Source: Candidatus Omnitrophota bacterium (GTDB lineage Bacteria > Omnitrophota > Omnitrophia > Omnitrophales > Aquincolibacteriaceae). Taken from it: a stretch of DNA of 51,750 nucleotides. Made by a program: the position numbers and the translations under genes. Under the pieces are notes generated by a model. It was not told the origin of the DNA, did not search any database, and worked only from the letters and a program-made list of their open reading frames with translations. Location: positions 1 through 51,750 of the forward strand of contig JAYSWD010000065.1 in the NCBI GenBank assembly GCA_043718225.1, given 5' to 3'. How positions within the stretch are numbered: the first letter of the stretch is position 1; every line of letters begins with the position of its first letter. Of this stretch, positions 1-11,200 are shown in pieces.

Positions 1-1539
1 ATACCAACCGATAAATCTTCCGTGTAAAACGACGAGATAGCCCAGAAGTGCGATCAGCGCCCAGGTTTCTTTCGGATCCCAGCCCCAAAACCGGCCCCAT
101 GAATAATTCGCCCAGACTCCGCCGAGAACGGTGCCGGCCGCGAGCAAAACAACGCCGATTTGAAGCGCGCGATAAACCGCGGTCGCAAGCGCATTCGCGC
201 TTTCAATTTTTGCGGGAGTGTTTCTGAAAGCATATCCGAAAACAACGGCATGACCCAATCCCCAGCCCAGCGCAAAAGCCCCGTAGCTCATTGTGATTGT
301 CAAAACGTGAATGGTGAGCCATAAATTGCTGCGTAAAACCGGCACAAGCGGCGACAGCGCCGGGTCGAGCACGGCGGGAAAAGATTCCGCGATCAACAAA
401 CCCAGCGCAGCAACAAATGAAGAAATCACAAGCACGGTGAGATGCCGCAAATTATAGTAAATCGGCAGCGAAAAAACCGCGACGGCCAGGGAAACCCAAA
501 CGATGGATTCGTACATGTTTGTTACCGGCGCGCGGCCTGAAATCACACAGCGCAAATAAAACCCGACCGCGTGCAGCAAAATAGCCGCTCCATAAACAGA
601 CAAACCTAAAATCAAAGAATAACTGCGGTCACGCTTGCGGCTGCGGCGCGAAAATAAATTGAGCAGGAAAAAAAGCGCCGCAAGTAGATAAAGCTTGGAG
701 CCGCGGCCGAAAGCATGCAGGTGATTATAAAAAATTTCTGTGTCGACAAGGCTATAGTCCATGACCATCCCCGCGCGCGCCCAGACAGCCTCGAGCGACT
801 TTCTGAAATTCTGTCCCGCCAGCGCTTTCGCGGCCTCGTCCGGCTTTTCCGCCTTGAACGTCGCGGCAAAATCTTCGGCTGATTTTTTGAAACTCTGCAA
901 TTCCGCCTGCGGCAATTCACGCATCCAGTCCGCGGGCGCCGCGGCAAAATCAGCGAATTTCAGCCAGGCTCCCTGCGGGCTTTGCGGTTCCGGGATCCAG
1001 CCCGGAAGTTCTCCGTCGCCTAATTGTGTCAGGAATATCGCGCGCTCATAAACTTCGATCCGTTTTTTATCGGTAAAAGAAAGTGATCCGCGTTTTTCAC
1101 GGCGGAGAAGCGCGTCTTCCACTTTTTGAACAAACGCCTTTTCGCCCATCACTACTTCGGCGGAAACGCGCTTTCCGATCAATTTGAGCCCAAAGTCGGC
1201 GCGCACTTGTGGCGCGCCCACGTAAATCAACGGCTCGGAAAGCCATTTACCGGGAATGACGATCCATTCCCAAACTGTTTGCGCCGCGGGCTGTTTCTGC
1301 CAGGCGGTTTTGCTCGTAACATATAAAAGAGCTTCGCGCGCGAAGGATTCGAACGGCTTGACCCTGCCGCCCTGCTGCACAGGAATACTAGCAAGTTCAT
1401 CTGACCATCTCTCTTGCGCGGCAAAAGATTGATTCATGCAAATCAAAGTCAGCAAAAAGCAAATAGCCGATAGCCGATAGCCGGCCGCTAATATTTTCTT
1501 AATGCTATGGGCTCTGTGCTGTGGGCTATAAGCTGTCAT
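1..1539 (-). CDS. ccsA: Cytochrome c biogenesis protein CcsA/ResC (System II); 3' end runs off the window
   Basis: Absent from the ORF track because it has no stop in the window. Manual translation of both ends: ATG at 1539 overlaps the upstream stop (ATGA), giving MTAYSPQ...GRVKPFESFAR; the same frame near position 1 reads GGVWANYSWGRFWGWDPKETWALI, the WWD heme-handling motif. Confidence 0.92.
   Translation of the reverse strand, partial: MTAYSPQHRAHSIKKILAAGYRLSAICFLLTLICMNQSFAAQERWSDELASIPVQQGGRVKPFESFAREALLYVTSKTAWQKQPAAQTVWEWIVIPGKWLSEPLIYVGAPQVRADFGLKLIGKRVSAEVVMGEKAFVQKVEDALLRREKRGSLSFTDKKRIEVYERAIFLTQLGDGELPGWIPEPQSPQGAWLKFADFAAAPADWMRELPQAELQSFKKSAEDFAATFKAEKPDEAAKALAGQNFRKSLEAVWARAGMVMDYSLVDTEIFYNHLHAFGRGSKLYLLAALFFLLNLFSRRSRKRDRSYSLILGLSVYGAAILLHAVGFYLRCVISGRAPVTNMYESIVWVSLAVAVFSLPIYYNLRHLTVLVISSFVAALGLLIAESFPAVLDPALSPLVPVLRSNLWLTIHVLTITMSYGAFALGWGLGHAVVFGYAFRNTPAKIESANALATAVYRALQIGVVLLAAGTVLGGVWANYSWGRFWGWDPKETWALIALLGYLVVLHGRFIGWY
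1463..1538. repeat. Inverted pair of 7-bp tandem arrays inside the ccsA 5' end
   Basis: ATAGCCG x3 (1463-1483) faces GCTATGG GCTCTGT GCTGTGG GCTATAA GCTGTCA (1504-1538). Confidence 0.7.
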
Positions 1540-3362
1540 TGGAGTCCTTTTTCGTTGCGGAGAGAATAAGGCCGCGTATAAAACATCAATAAAATACCTC
1601 CGACCATAATAAGCGCGCCGGCATACTTAACGGGAATTCCCGGGTCGCGCCCGACCGCGAAAACGGAAAGGTCTTTTCCGCCGGGGTTCGGGGTATACCC
1701 GGCCTGATAAATTTTAAATCCGCGATAAGTCAAAGGCTGATTCATGGAAATTGTTTTTTCAAGCGAAACGCCGCGCGCGAAATCTTTTAAAACAACATCG
1801 CTTTCAAACGAAGCCGGCTTATTTGTTCCCGGGTCATTCTTGACGCGGAAATCTTTCAGAGCCAGTTCAAATCCGAGGCCAAGCTGGCGCCGCCCGAAAA
1901 TAATTTCAAAAAGCCCACCGTCAATGATCACGCTTTTATGAACGCCTTCGACAACCCAAAACTTTTTGGACGAGGCTTCGGTTTTGATTTCAATTTCAAC
2001 CGCCCCGTAAGCCGCTTCTCTTTTGTCGTCATCTTCGAGAGGAATTACGTTCAAGTCTGATGCCGCGTGCGGCAGAGCCTGCTCAACGCGAAACTGCAGA
2101 TCCATCCAGCCCGTCGAGATCTCTTTCCCCATTTCGACCGGGCCCTGTTGAAGTTTGGTTCCGGTTTGAATTTGATATTGAATTCCGCCGGGCGTTGCCA
2201 CAAAACGTAATTCGTGACTCTCTCCCTTAGAACCAGAATTCGGCCGGCGGTACTGAACGGTCAAACCAAGCTGGCTGTCGGGACGGCCGTGCACCGTGGG
2301 AAAATCCGGAAAATTCGCGAAAACTGTATGCCGTTCTGTTTGCGCCGGTTGGCCTTGGCCAGAGGCATCATCTTTACCGGGCGCAGCCGCAGAGCTAATT
2401 TGTAACACCGCCGCGGGATTCGCCGCATGTTCCGCGGCCGAACCTTCTTTTAAAATATTTTCTTCGACATAAGCATAGCCGTAAAGTTCAGTGATTTTAA
2501 CGCTCAATCCATTCTCAAAAACTTTCTCATAAGGCAAAGCGCTTTTTTCAGGAACGGGAATTTGAAGTTTTTCATCGCCGCGCTGGATTTCCAAATAGGG
2601 CTTATCATTCACATTCGCAGCAGGCTGAATAAAATCGGAAGCGAATTTTAAAATCGCCGGTCCGACTGAAATTTCACGGCTTAAAGCTTCATCCGCGATC
2701 CATTGCGTCACATTCATTTGTTGATTATGCAAAGTGACCTGCACCGCCGCCGGCCCTTCCTGCGCGGAAACCCACTTGGTTTCCGATTCGGTTTTCGGCC
2801 AGAATTGGGTAACCGCGATTTCTGCCCGCTTTCCTTCCGTTTTTAACTCTGCGATTTTTTCACGGCCTTTCCATTTAAACGCATGCTCTTTAAATGAAAG
2901 CATCCGCTCCTCTTTAAACCCCTGCGAATAGAGATAAAGCATGGGTTGTTTGAGCGTAACCCATTTTCCGCTGCCGCCCTCTTCTAGCATAATCTGCCCA
3001 TCCACCGCGGCCTGCTGGGTCGCAAGTGAGCCGGCGAGAATAGTAATAATTCCCAGATGCGTGAGTACAAATCCGATATGCTTTTTTTGCCACGGTAAGC
3101 GGTCCGCCGCGGAACACGCTAAATTTATTACAAGCACGATAAGAATGAGGCCAAACCAGGGCGCGCCATAAACTAAAATTCGCGCGGCATCGGCGCTATA
3201 GCGAGATTCGATGATTGTTCCCGCGGCAAGTACGATCATAAGCGTGACAAGTGTTCCCACGGCGAGCTGAAGGGAGGCAAAAAATTTAAAAATAAGACGT
3301 GCGCTTTGCCCGTTAAAAAAAAGGCTCTGCCCTGCTGTTTTTTTAGTCGATTTTGAGTTCAT
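1536..3362 (-). CDS. ResB/Ccs1-like cytochrome c biogenesis protein
   Basis: N-terminal TM helices (FFASLQLAV...GTIIES; HIGFVLTHLG), large periplasmic region, C-terminal ISMNQPLTYRGFKIYQ...DPGIPVKYAG TM. Coupled to ccsA. Start taken as MNSKS (3362) rather than 3458. Confidence 0.85.
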   Translation of the reverse strand: MNSKSTKKTAGQSLFFNGQSARLIFKFFASLQLAVGTLVTLMIVLAAGTIIESRYSADAARILVYGAPWFGLILIVLVINLACSAADRLPWQKKHIGFVLTHLGIITILAGSLATQQAAVDGQIMLEEGGSGKWVTLKQPMLYLYSQGFKEERMLSFKEHAFKWKGREKIAELKTEGKRAEIAVTQFWPKTESETKWVSAQEGPAAVQVTLHNQQMNVTQWIADEALSREISVGPAILKFASDFIQPAANVNDKPYLEIQRGDEKLQIPVPEKSALPYEKVFENGLSVKITELYGYAYVEENILKEGSAAEHAANPAAVLQISSAAAPGKDDASGQGQPAQTERHTVFANFPDFPTVHGRPDSQLGLTVQYRRPNSGSKGESHELRFVATPGGIQYQIQTGTKLQQGPVEMGKEISTGWMDLQFRVEQALPHAASDLNVIPLEDDDKREAAYGAVEIEIKTEASSKKFWVVEGVHKSVIIDGGLFEIIFGRRQLGLGFELALKDFRVKNDPGTNKPASFESDVVLKDFARGVSLEKTISMNQPLTYRGFKIYQAGYTPNPGGKDLSVFAVGRDPGIPVKYAGALIMVGGILLMFYTRPYSLRNEKGLQ

Positions 3363-3445
3363 GGCTAATATTTGTCCGCTCTGAAGAATGAAGAGCGGGT
3401 ATTCTACAGGCGACAAGGTACGGGGGACAAGCGGCAACTGGTGCC

Positions 3446-3480
3446 AAAACCTTCCCAACCCCCGGCGTTAGGAAGGTTTT
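3446..3480 (-). terminator. Hairpin downstream of RNase HI, likely intrinsic terminator
   Basis: AAAACCTTCC...GGAAGGTTTT inverted repeat with short T-tracts on both strands. Confidence 0.55.
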
Positions 3481-3555
3481 CTAGAGGGAAGCGGCTCGCT
3501 AGCAGATTATCGGACGCTGTGTTTTGCGGTTGGGTGCAGCCCAGAGTTTAAATGA

Positions 3556-3972
3556 CTAATATCCGGCTTCGTCGAGGGCGCGATTCACCTGCCTATCAGC
3601 TCGGCGCATCTGGGGATGTTCGCGCGGCACATGCACATAAGAAATTTTTTTAAATTTCTTTTCAAGGTCTTTGACTTTGAGAAAAAGCGGGCGGAGATGC
3701 TCTGCTTTAAGGCGGTATTCCCCCGTCAGCTGTTTTTTGACAAGCTCGCTATCCATATGATGCGTGATCTCATGCGCGCCAAATTCTTCGGCAAGCGACA
3801 AAGCTTTAATAACAGCTTCATATTCCGCGACATTATTCGTCGTAGCGCCAATCACTTCGCCCTGCTCGAATAGAGCCGCGCCTTTTTCATCGCACAGTAA
3901 AACGCCGATTGCCGCGGGCCCAGGATTGCCGCGCGCGCCGCCGTCAGAATAAGAAAAAATTTTGTGATGCAT
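3556..3972 (-). CDS. rnhA: Ribonuclease HI family protein
   Basis: YSDGGARGNPGPAAIG, TNNVAEYEA, DSELV, HVPRE..N-like/ADR motifs. Start taken as MHHKIF (3972); the longer ORF overlaps the pilin gene. Confidence 0.9.
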   Translation of the reverse strand: MHHKIFSYSDGGARGNPGPAAIGVLLCDEKGAALFEQGEVIGATTNNVAEYEAVIKALSLAEEFGAHEITHHMDSELVKKQLTGEYRLKAEHLRPLFLKVKDLEKKFKKISYVHVPREHPQMRRADRQVNRALDEAGY

Positions 3973-3991
3973 ATAGGAAGCGGCTTTTTGT

Positions 3992-4483
3992 TTATTGAAG
4001 TATGACTGCGCCTGTTCCGCCGGAACAAGGTGAGCTTGTAAAAGCTCCCGAAGAAGTAGCGGAAGACCATGCGACGCCCGTTTCATCGACACAAAAAGAA
4101 TTATTCCCCGTGATCGCAGCCTGTGCGGGTTGAGCGAAAATCGCATACTGTGACGCATCGGTCCGCGCGTAAGTAAAAAGATAACCGCTTTTAGTTGCTG
4201 TCGTTCCCGCTCCCCAAGTCGAGTCGAGATAGGCTGGTGATGCGGCCGTAAGGCCGCTAATATCCGCAGGGTAAGACGGCGTTGCCTGCGCGGCGCGATA
4301 AGCTTCAATAGAAGTCGCGAACGTTTTCAAATTCGATTTTGTCGCGGATTCATTCGCATTCAACCGGCTACGCATCAAAGCCGGGATGGCAATAGCCACA
4401 ACAATACCGAGAATCGCTATGACAATCATGACTTCCACAAGCGTGAAACCTGTTGTTACTGAAAATAATTTGCGGCTAAACAT
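3992..4483 (-). CDS. Type IV pilin / prepilin-type protein
   Basis: Class III signal G|FTLVEVMIVIAILGIVVAIAIP with E5, plus a C-terminal Cys pair. Confidence 0.9.
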   Translation of the reverse strand: MFSRKLFSVTTGFTLVEVMIVIAILGIVVAIAIPALMRSRLNANESATKSNLKTFATSIEAYRAAQATPSYPADISGLTAASPAYLDSTWGAGTTATKSGYLFTYARTDASQYAIFAQPAQAAITGNNSFCVDETGVAWSSATSSGAFTSSPCSGGTGAVILQ

Positions 4484-4489
4484 TAAAAC

Positions 4490-5164
4490 TTATTTTTTCT
4501 CCGGCGGGCTTTGACCGAAATTTGCTTCAAGAGTCTCAACTTCTTTTTGAAGCGCGCGAAGGCGATTTTTAAGCTCACGTACGGGGTCCGGCAAATCTCC
4601 ATGATCGAGATCAATCGGGTTTATTTTTTTGCCGTCTTTGCGAACAATTTCCGCGGGAACGCCAACGACGGTGCAGCTGTCGGGGACCGAATGAACCACA
4701 ACCGAGCCGGCGCCGACTTTCACGCAATTACCCAACCGGATATTTCCGAGCACCTTTGCTCCAGCGCCCACGACAACATGATCTCCCAAGGTCGGATGGC
4801 GCTTGCCGCGTTCATTCCCCGTTCCCCCGAGAGTGACGCCTTGATAAAGCGTGACATTTTTGCCGATCTCGGAAGTTTCTCCGATCACGACGCCCATGCC
4901 ATGGTCAATGAAAAGCCCGGGGCCAATTTGCGCGCCGGAATGAATTTCAACGCCGGTGAAAAAACGTCCAAGCTGGGAAAGCAGCCGCGGAATCAACGGA
5001 ACTTTCCATGAATGAATAACATGCGCGAATCGGTAAAGCAAAACAGCGTGAAAACCGGGATAGAGTAATATTACTTCGAGCCAGCCCCAGGGAGTTTGTG
5101 CCGCCGGATCACGGTCAATGCAGGCGCGGAAATCGCTTTTGACTTTATAAAGGAAATTTGACAT
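4490..5164 (-). CDS. cysE: Serine O-acetyltransferase
   Basis: DRDPAA, YPGFHA, TGVEIHSGAQIG, IDHGMGVVIGET, GKRHPTLG hexapeptide region, DHGDLPDP. Confidence 0.95.
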   Translation of the reverse strand: MSNFLYKVKSDFRACIDRDPAAQTPWGWLEVILLYPGFHAVLLYRFAHVIHSWKVPLIPRLLSQLGRFFTGVEIHSGAQIGPGLFIDHGMGVVIGETSEIGKNVTLYQGVTLGGTGNERGKRHPTLGDHVVVGAGAKVLGNIRLGNCVKVGAGSVVVHSVPDSCTVVGVPAEIVRKDGKKINPIDLDHGDLPDPVRELKNRLRALQKEVETLEANFGQSPPEKK

Positions 5165-5180
5165 AGGGGAATTTTAGCAC

Positions 5181-5215
5181 AGACTATCGACTAAAGACTA
5201 CCGACTAAAGACTGC
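5181..5215. repeat. 7-bp tandem array
   Basis: AGACTAT CGACTAA AGACTAC CGACTAA AGACTGC. Confidence 0.75.
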
Positions 5216-5223
5216 AAACGAAG

Positions 5224-5263
5224 ACACCCCCGAGGTGCGGTCCGCGCCGTTCCTCGGGGGTGT
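5224..5263. terminator. GC-rich hairpin (terminator or REP-like) just after the 2344-aa gene
   Basis: ACACCCCCGAGG...CCTCGGGGGTGT, 12-bp perfect stem. Confidence 0.55.
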
Positions 5264-5275
5264 GAAAAGGTTTGT

Positions 5276-8200
5276 TTACGCCATTGAAGCAATGTAATTG
5301 CGAATTTCAACCGCCAGCAAGGCCGCATCCAAGATAGAATTAATCGAAAGCGACCCGTTGAAGCCGAAAAGCGAGGGATAGCGACGCGCGATTTCCTGCA
5401 CATCTTTTACCGTAATATCTGTTTGAGCCGCGGTTGAAACGTTAAGAAAAACCGCGGAATTTAAAATTTGCGCCGAGGGAAGCCCGCCGACCTTAACTGC
5501 CAAATGCCGGAAGGCCTTCAAATCGGAAGGCTGCATGTTAAGTCCTTCCAGATTGAAAGTAAAAATTTCCTGATTGCGCATGAGAAAAGATTCCATGGCT
5601 TCCGAGTTGGCGACAGTTTGAACCCGAGCAACCTTACCTACTTTTTTAGAAAATGCAGAAGCTTCCTTGGAAGGTTTTTTAGGCAAGAGCAAAGCCATAT
5701 GATTTTCAATTAATCCGTCGGGATGTTGCCTTTTTAAGGCTTCGATTTTTTCGGCGTATATCAAAAAGTCAGATTTAGCCTCGAGAGAATCGGGTTCCAT
5801 TGTCGGTGAATATGCCATCGCAAAACCCAAATGCAGTTTGGTTTTCGGATTAGCTTGAAAATGCGCTGCAACAAATATTTCCAAAGGGTCCGCGGGTAAA
5901 ACTGCAGGCTGAGCGAGAGGCAATTCGGTTCTGGCTTTGCTTTCAGCCGCAGCTCCCCGCGCCGAGTCCAAAATAATTTTGGGAACAAATCCGTCGCCTA
6001 AATGAGCCGCAATATAAGCCGGCGCTGCGACTTCTGCCGCAATAGCGGGTTGGCTTCCAAGGATGGTTACGACAAGCAAAAAGAATGCCGCGAAAATTCC
6101 TAGATTGTTTGTTGATGCCACCGGTGTCTTCGCGCCGCTTTGAATTCGAGCTTCTGATCGAACAGCAGCGCTTCTTGTCTCGGAACGCTGGGTTACAATT
6201 AATGTCTGATACGCGTCTTCGGCCGGAATCCTAACCTGCCAAGCCTCACGAAAATTTCGACCATCATATTGAGCGGGCGCACCATCCCGCTGAACCATTC
6301 CGTCCCTAATCGCGGCATCACGAAAACCCAAAAACTTTAATTCGTTCGGCATAATCACCGTATTTAATTTTTGAGTTTCACTGCTGCCCTGATTGAACTC
6401 GCGGTCAAAACCTGGCGCGACTTTTAAATTGAAGAAAACTGTTGCGCCGCTTTTTAATTTCACGGCAATAACAATTGTCGCAATATGTGAAGAAGTCACG
6501 ACGCGCCGCTCTACCACCTGAGACTCATCAAAAAGAGCGCCCTCTACAAGCTGATTCAATCTTTGAATGTTTTTATACATTGCGGCATCCCAATCTTCAA
6601 ATAATATTAGCTCTTGCGGCGCAAGCGCAGCCGCAAGAAGCTGAATTATTCTTACGCCGGCCTTGCTAAATAAAAACACGGCAGATCGCGAATCGATTTC
6701 AGCAAGCTGCTCAAAATACTGCGAAAACGCAGCCTCCCGCTCTTCTGGTTGCGTTAATTCGAACATGGCTTGAATCTGTCTTTCGATTTCACCCACGCTG
6801 CCTTCTGCGTTTCTTTCGTTCGCGAGCTTCGTAGCGATATGCATTTTAAACGCTGCTTCATTCTGTTTAGGCTCTAATTCCAAAACTTCGATGTTAAGCG
6901 GCGCAAGAATACCGACACCCAGCCGCCCATCTCCGACTGGGTGTAATTTGAAATCGAGCCCTCGCTTCACTTCTTTGACAAGAAAAAATGCGCTCTGAGA
7001 GAAACCAAGGAGTTGGGCGGCATACTTGTCAAAAAACACTGTCGCGCGAGCCTTTTTTACCCGTTGCCCCCCCTCGATTTCGTCTGTTACAGAATGAGCA
7101 ACATTGATGTTAACAAGATATGGCTTTTTTCCTGGGCGCTGAACAACATAGCTGTGCAAACCATCTACGCTCGTATCTAAAACGTGCGCCCAAGATTGGG
7201 TGTCAAGATACCGGACAAGGTATTCTGCCCAGGGCTGATAAGTGTTATCGATAGAAGCATTTTCTAAATTTTTTCTTAATGGGGCTATCTCGTCCGGACT
7301 CATCGCGTTTAAATAGGCTTCGAGGAATTTCCCCGCTGATGCCAGCAGCCATTGATCGATCAATTCGACTATTTCGGAAAGCGACTCAAGCCTAACTTGC
7401 GGATTCGTAGATGCCATAGCTTTTTCACGAAGCTCGTAAACACGCTGCGTAAGGACGGAGTGGTTCTCCGGCAAAGCTTCTAATTCAGCTATAAAATAAT
7501 CAAACAAATTTTGCCCCGGTTCCATTTCCGCAGGAGTCAAAACGCCGATAAATTCGATTTTCATCGAACGTTTTTTGGGATCTCCGTCATGACTCTCAAT
7601 CACCGTTTCCCGGTAACGAATCCCCGCACTGTACGCCAAACTAACAAGAAGATCTTGTCCGTGAGTTTGTTCGGCGCCCCACAATCTTTCGTAGTTTATA
7701 ATTTTTCTAAATGATCGCATGGTCCGCAACAATCCGCCCTTCAGTGCCGGATCGCTGGGATACGCCTTCAATGGAACTTCTTTGCCCTCTCGCAATAAAC
7801 GCCAGACAAAAGTCTTTCGTCGCGGAATGGACTCGATTGCCTTCCCATCAAGCGGAGAGCGTTCAATTAATGCACGTCGTTCCATTTCCTTGCTAATGGT
7901 GATTTCAAATAAATGCGCATGCGCCAAAGCTTGGCTGGTTGTCGCATCAACACGAGGCGAAGAAGCAACCGAGTCAAACATACGCTTTTGGCGCGTCTCG
8001 GCATCTTTTCTGTTTTCTTTGGCTTGCTTGACTGCCGCGATAAGTGATTCGGTGCTTGGCCGCCGGCCTCCGCCTGCTTGAGTGCTTATAATTTTATCGT
8101 AGGCAACTAAAATACCGTTGCGAATGTGCGCTTTTTTTTCTATCAACCATTCCGCCAGCTGTTCATACTTTAAAATAGGGTTGCCATCCTTATCCAGAAC

Positions 8201-11200
8201 GGGAATTTCTTTCCCGTTTTCGTCAACCACAACCCAAATTTCCGGATTAGCCCCGCCAAAGACGCCTATCACTTCACCGCCGTTGGCTAAAACTTTCATC
8301 ATGCTGGTTGCCGACGCTTCTAAAAACTCATCAGAGAGCATGATGGCTCCCTGCGCACCTCGAAAAATGATAGGCGCTTCGTAGTAATTATAATTTTCGA
8401 TGGTTGCAACCCGGTCTTCAATCGACATCAATTCAACAAGAAATTTGATATATAAAAACCTACGATAGGCTTCTCGCTCGTCAAAAGTTCTGCCGCCGAT
8501 TAAAAGCCGCGCCCATGTTTCATGGATCTCATTTAAGTTTTTAGCATTCCGAATCGTTTGCTTGACCAGGGAAAAAGATTCTTTTTTGCCGGCAAGCCAT
8601 TCATTAAACAATTGTCCAAGATCAATATGGCTTAGACTTTTTTCATCTAGTGCTTGCCTGGCTTCGCGCGTGAATCCCTCGTCATATTTATCAGGCCCTT
8701 TATAAGCAACTTGCCGACGCAAATTGGTTAAAATCGGATCATTCAGCGCGGCCTGGATAAAGTCATTGAACGCCGGATGCACGGCCAAAAAAACACTCCA
8801 GGGCTCTGCTCTGTCTGCTTTCAAAAAAGTCGTAAGTTCGGAAGAAAATTGCTCAATTCGCGAAATCAGCGCGGCCTCACTAAGACCGTGAGCAGACATA
8901 TAATCTTTAAAGCTGTCAAACAACCATTTGATTTTATGTTTGCGATAGAGCCAAATCATCAGCTGGGCCGCGTCAATGGCACTGATAGCTTCATTTTTTT
9001 GCATGAAGTCCTTTTTCTGATCTGCATGATCGGGCAAATTCAACGCTTCAAAGAGCGCTGCGTCACTGACTTCCGGCACATCGCCATAAACAGGTATGCC
9101 GATTGCGCTTTTGGCCTTCTCTTTCAATTGCTGCCGGTCGGGCGAAACCCAGCGCTGAAAGAAAATGCCGTTTGTGCTTCGAGCTTTGCTATTAGGATCA
9201 TAAAATCCAAAAAGTTTATGCCAGTAAAATCGGAAGATATTGTCACGCAACGCTTGCATGTGTTCATTCAGACTTACTCCCGTGATAAGGTGGTAGCTAA
9301 GCAGAACAAAGTCTGTAATCCAAATCAAACCGTTCCCGGTAATAAAGCGCTTCATCCATCTTGGAAATTTGAGCTGTTTGAAAAAGGCCGCCGGCGGCTT
9401 AGGCACGCCCGGCATGAAAACGGTATGATTGAGCGTCACTTTTATTGCATCGGGGAAATGCCCGAGAGGAATGCTGGTAAAGGCCTCGTGATCCACCACC
9501 AATATTTTATTCTCATACGGTTTGCCGGCTACCAACTTCTTCATTAAAAGTTGTCCTGCTTCGCGGAAAACAATCATATCGGAATACCGGTCATAATTAT
9601 CTTCATAAGCCTCTTGAAAGACCGGCTCGCGCGTATCTGCATACCGTGCATCTAAATAATACTGTTTGGCTTCCTTGTGAAAGTCCATTTCTGTTTCATA
9701 AATTGCCACCTCGATTTCGCGCTCGCGGCCGTCAAGCTCAAGCGTCATTTGAATTTTCAAATCTCCACGCAACTTCATTTTAGATTTAATAACATCGCCC
9801 CACGGAACACCCGCGCCCTTTTCGGGTTTGTTTTTAATTCTGTTCCAAAGCGGATTTAATCCAACCCAACCTTTAGACGCGCCTGTTTCAATGGCGCCAT
9901 GGGCTTCATAAAGATCCGGCATCAATGCACCGAGACCTCCCGTTAAAGTCACCTGTGCGATAAGTGTCGCTGCTTGCGCGTTGGGAATTTTATATCTAGC
10001 TACAAGCTTTTTGGTCGCTTGCTCAAATGCGGCACGGATAGCCAGTTCGGCTCCGCCGGTCACCCCAAATTTTTTAAGCTCCTCATGATCATTTTCCTGA
10101 ATGGCCCGAAAAACTTCTCGCGCCGTGTTTTCAGGTAAAATTTTCTGAAGATCATAAAGATCATCATTAATATCTTTTTCAATTGCGTCTAAAATATGCC
10201 GCGGCAAGCCGGCCTCCATGGCAAAGCTTGCAATCCAATACTCTGGCAAATATTTAAATCCATTTTCGGGAGTTAACAATTTAGGGGCCTTGCGAAACTC
10301 GGAGCGTGCAAAGGCGGGTGCAATTGCTTTGGAAGATGATGATGTTGCTCGAAAGCGGCTTGTCGCCGGAGAGGCGGAAACCTGTGCTGTCTGCATCACC
10401 GGCCCTTTTAAAACAAAAGGGGTACTGATAAACTCTTTCATCGTCATTGCATTCAACGAAGACGCGAGCGTTGTTTGATTTAATTTCCCGGCTTTTTTGA
10501 GGCGCTGAAGCGCCGGCATTAATTTTGCGAATGTATTTTTCCAGCTTGCTTTCAACGAAGGATATTGCTCGGGATAAACCGCTTCTAAAACAATTTCGTC
10601 TAATAGCGAAAGCGCGCGCAGGTTTTTCTGCGCGGCAGCACCGTGAATTCCGCGAATTAAATTTTCGCGCCATGTTTTATAATTTGCCAAAGCACGCGAG
10701 GGATCTTTACGTTCGCCTTCTAAGTCCAAAAGCCGGTGTGTCATGGCACGCGCAAAAGATTCATACAATTTAATTTGGCCATTTTCAACACGCAGAAATT
10801 TTTTCCAGGAAACATCTCCGCTCATTAAGGCGTTGTAGCGGTTTTCGGCAGGCAGCTCCGAAATCGCCGGCGTCAAAACAGAATAAGAAATACCGCGTGC
10901 TTCGAGCTCGTTTGTGAGCCCCTCGGCGTGAAAGCCGCCTACAATCAAAACTGCGGTCGACTCGCCGGCGCGATGCATTTGCTTCAAGGTGTTTTCAAGC
11001 AATGCTTTTTCGCGCATTTCGGCATTCTTATAAAAAAGCGCAAAGTCCGAATTCACAAGTTCCGCGCGCAAAGTTTCTAAATTTTCGGAAAGAGCCCGAA
11101 AGCGCGCGTTCGAAACTACAGAGAAAGGCTTAACCGTCTGATTCCAAGTTTTGCGGGAAAGCTCGAGTTTAATCCAGTCGTTTAAAAACTCCGACTGATG

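Noticed and set aside
3481-3555. Possible structured RNA between rnhA and the ResB-like gene
   Set aside because: No recognisable riboswitch or ncRNA signature.
3973-4308. N-terminal extension of the 250-aa RNase H ORF
   Set aside because: Overlaps the pilin gene in another frame; RNase H similarity starts at MHHKIF.
8777-9547. 256-aa plus-strand ORF
   Set aside because: Antisense to the phosphorylase-like domain; no independent evidence.
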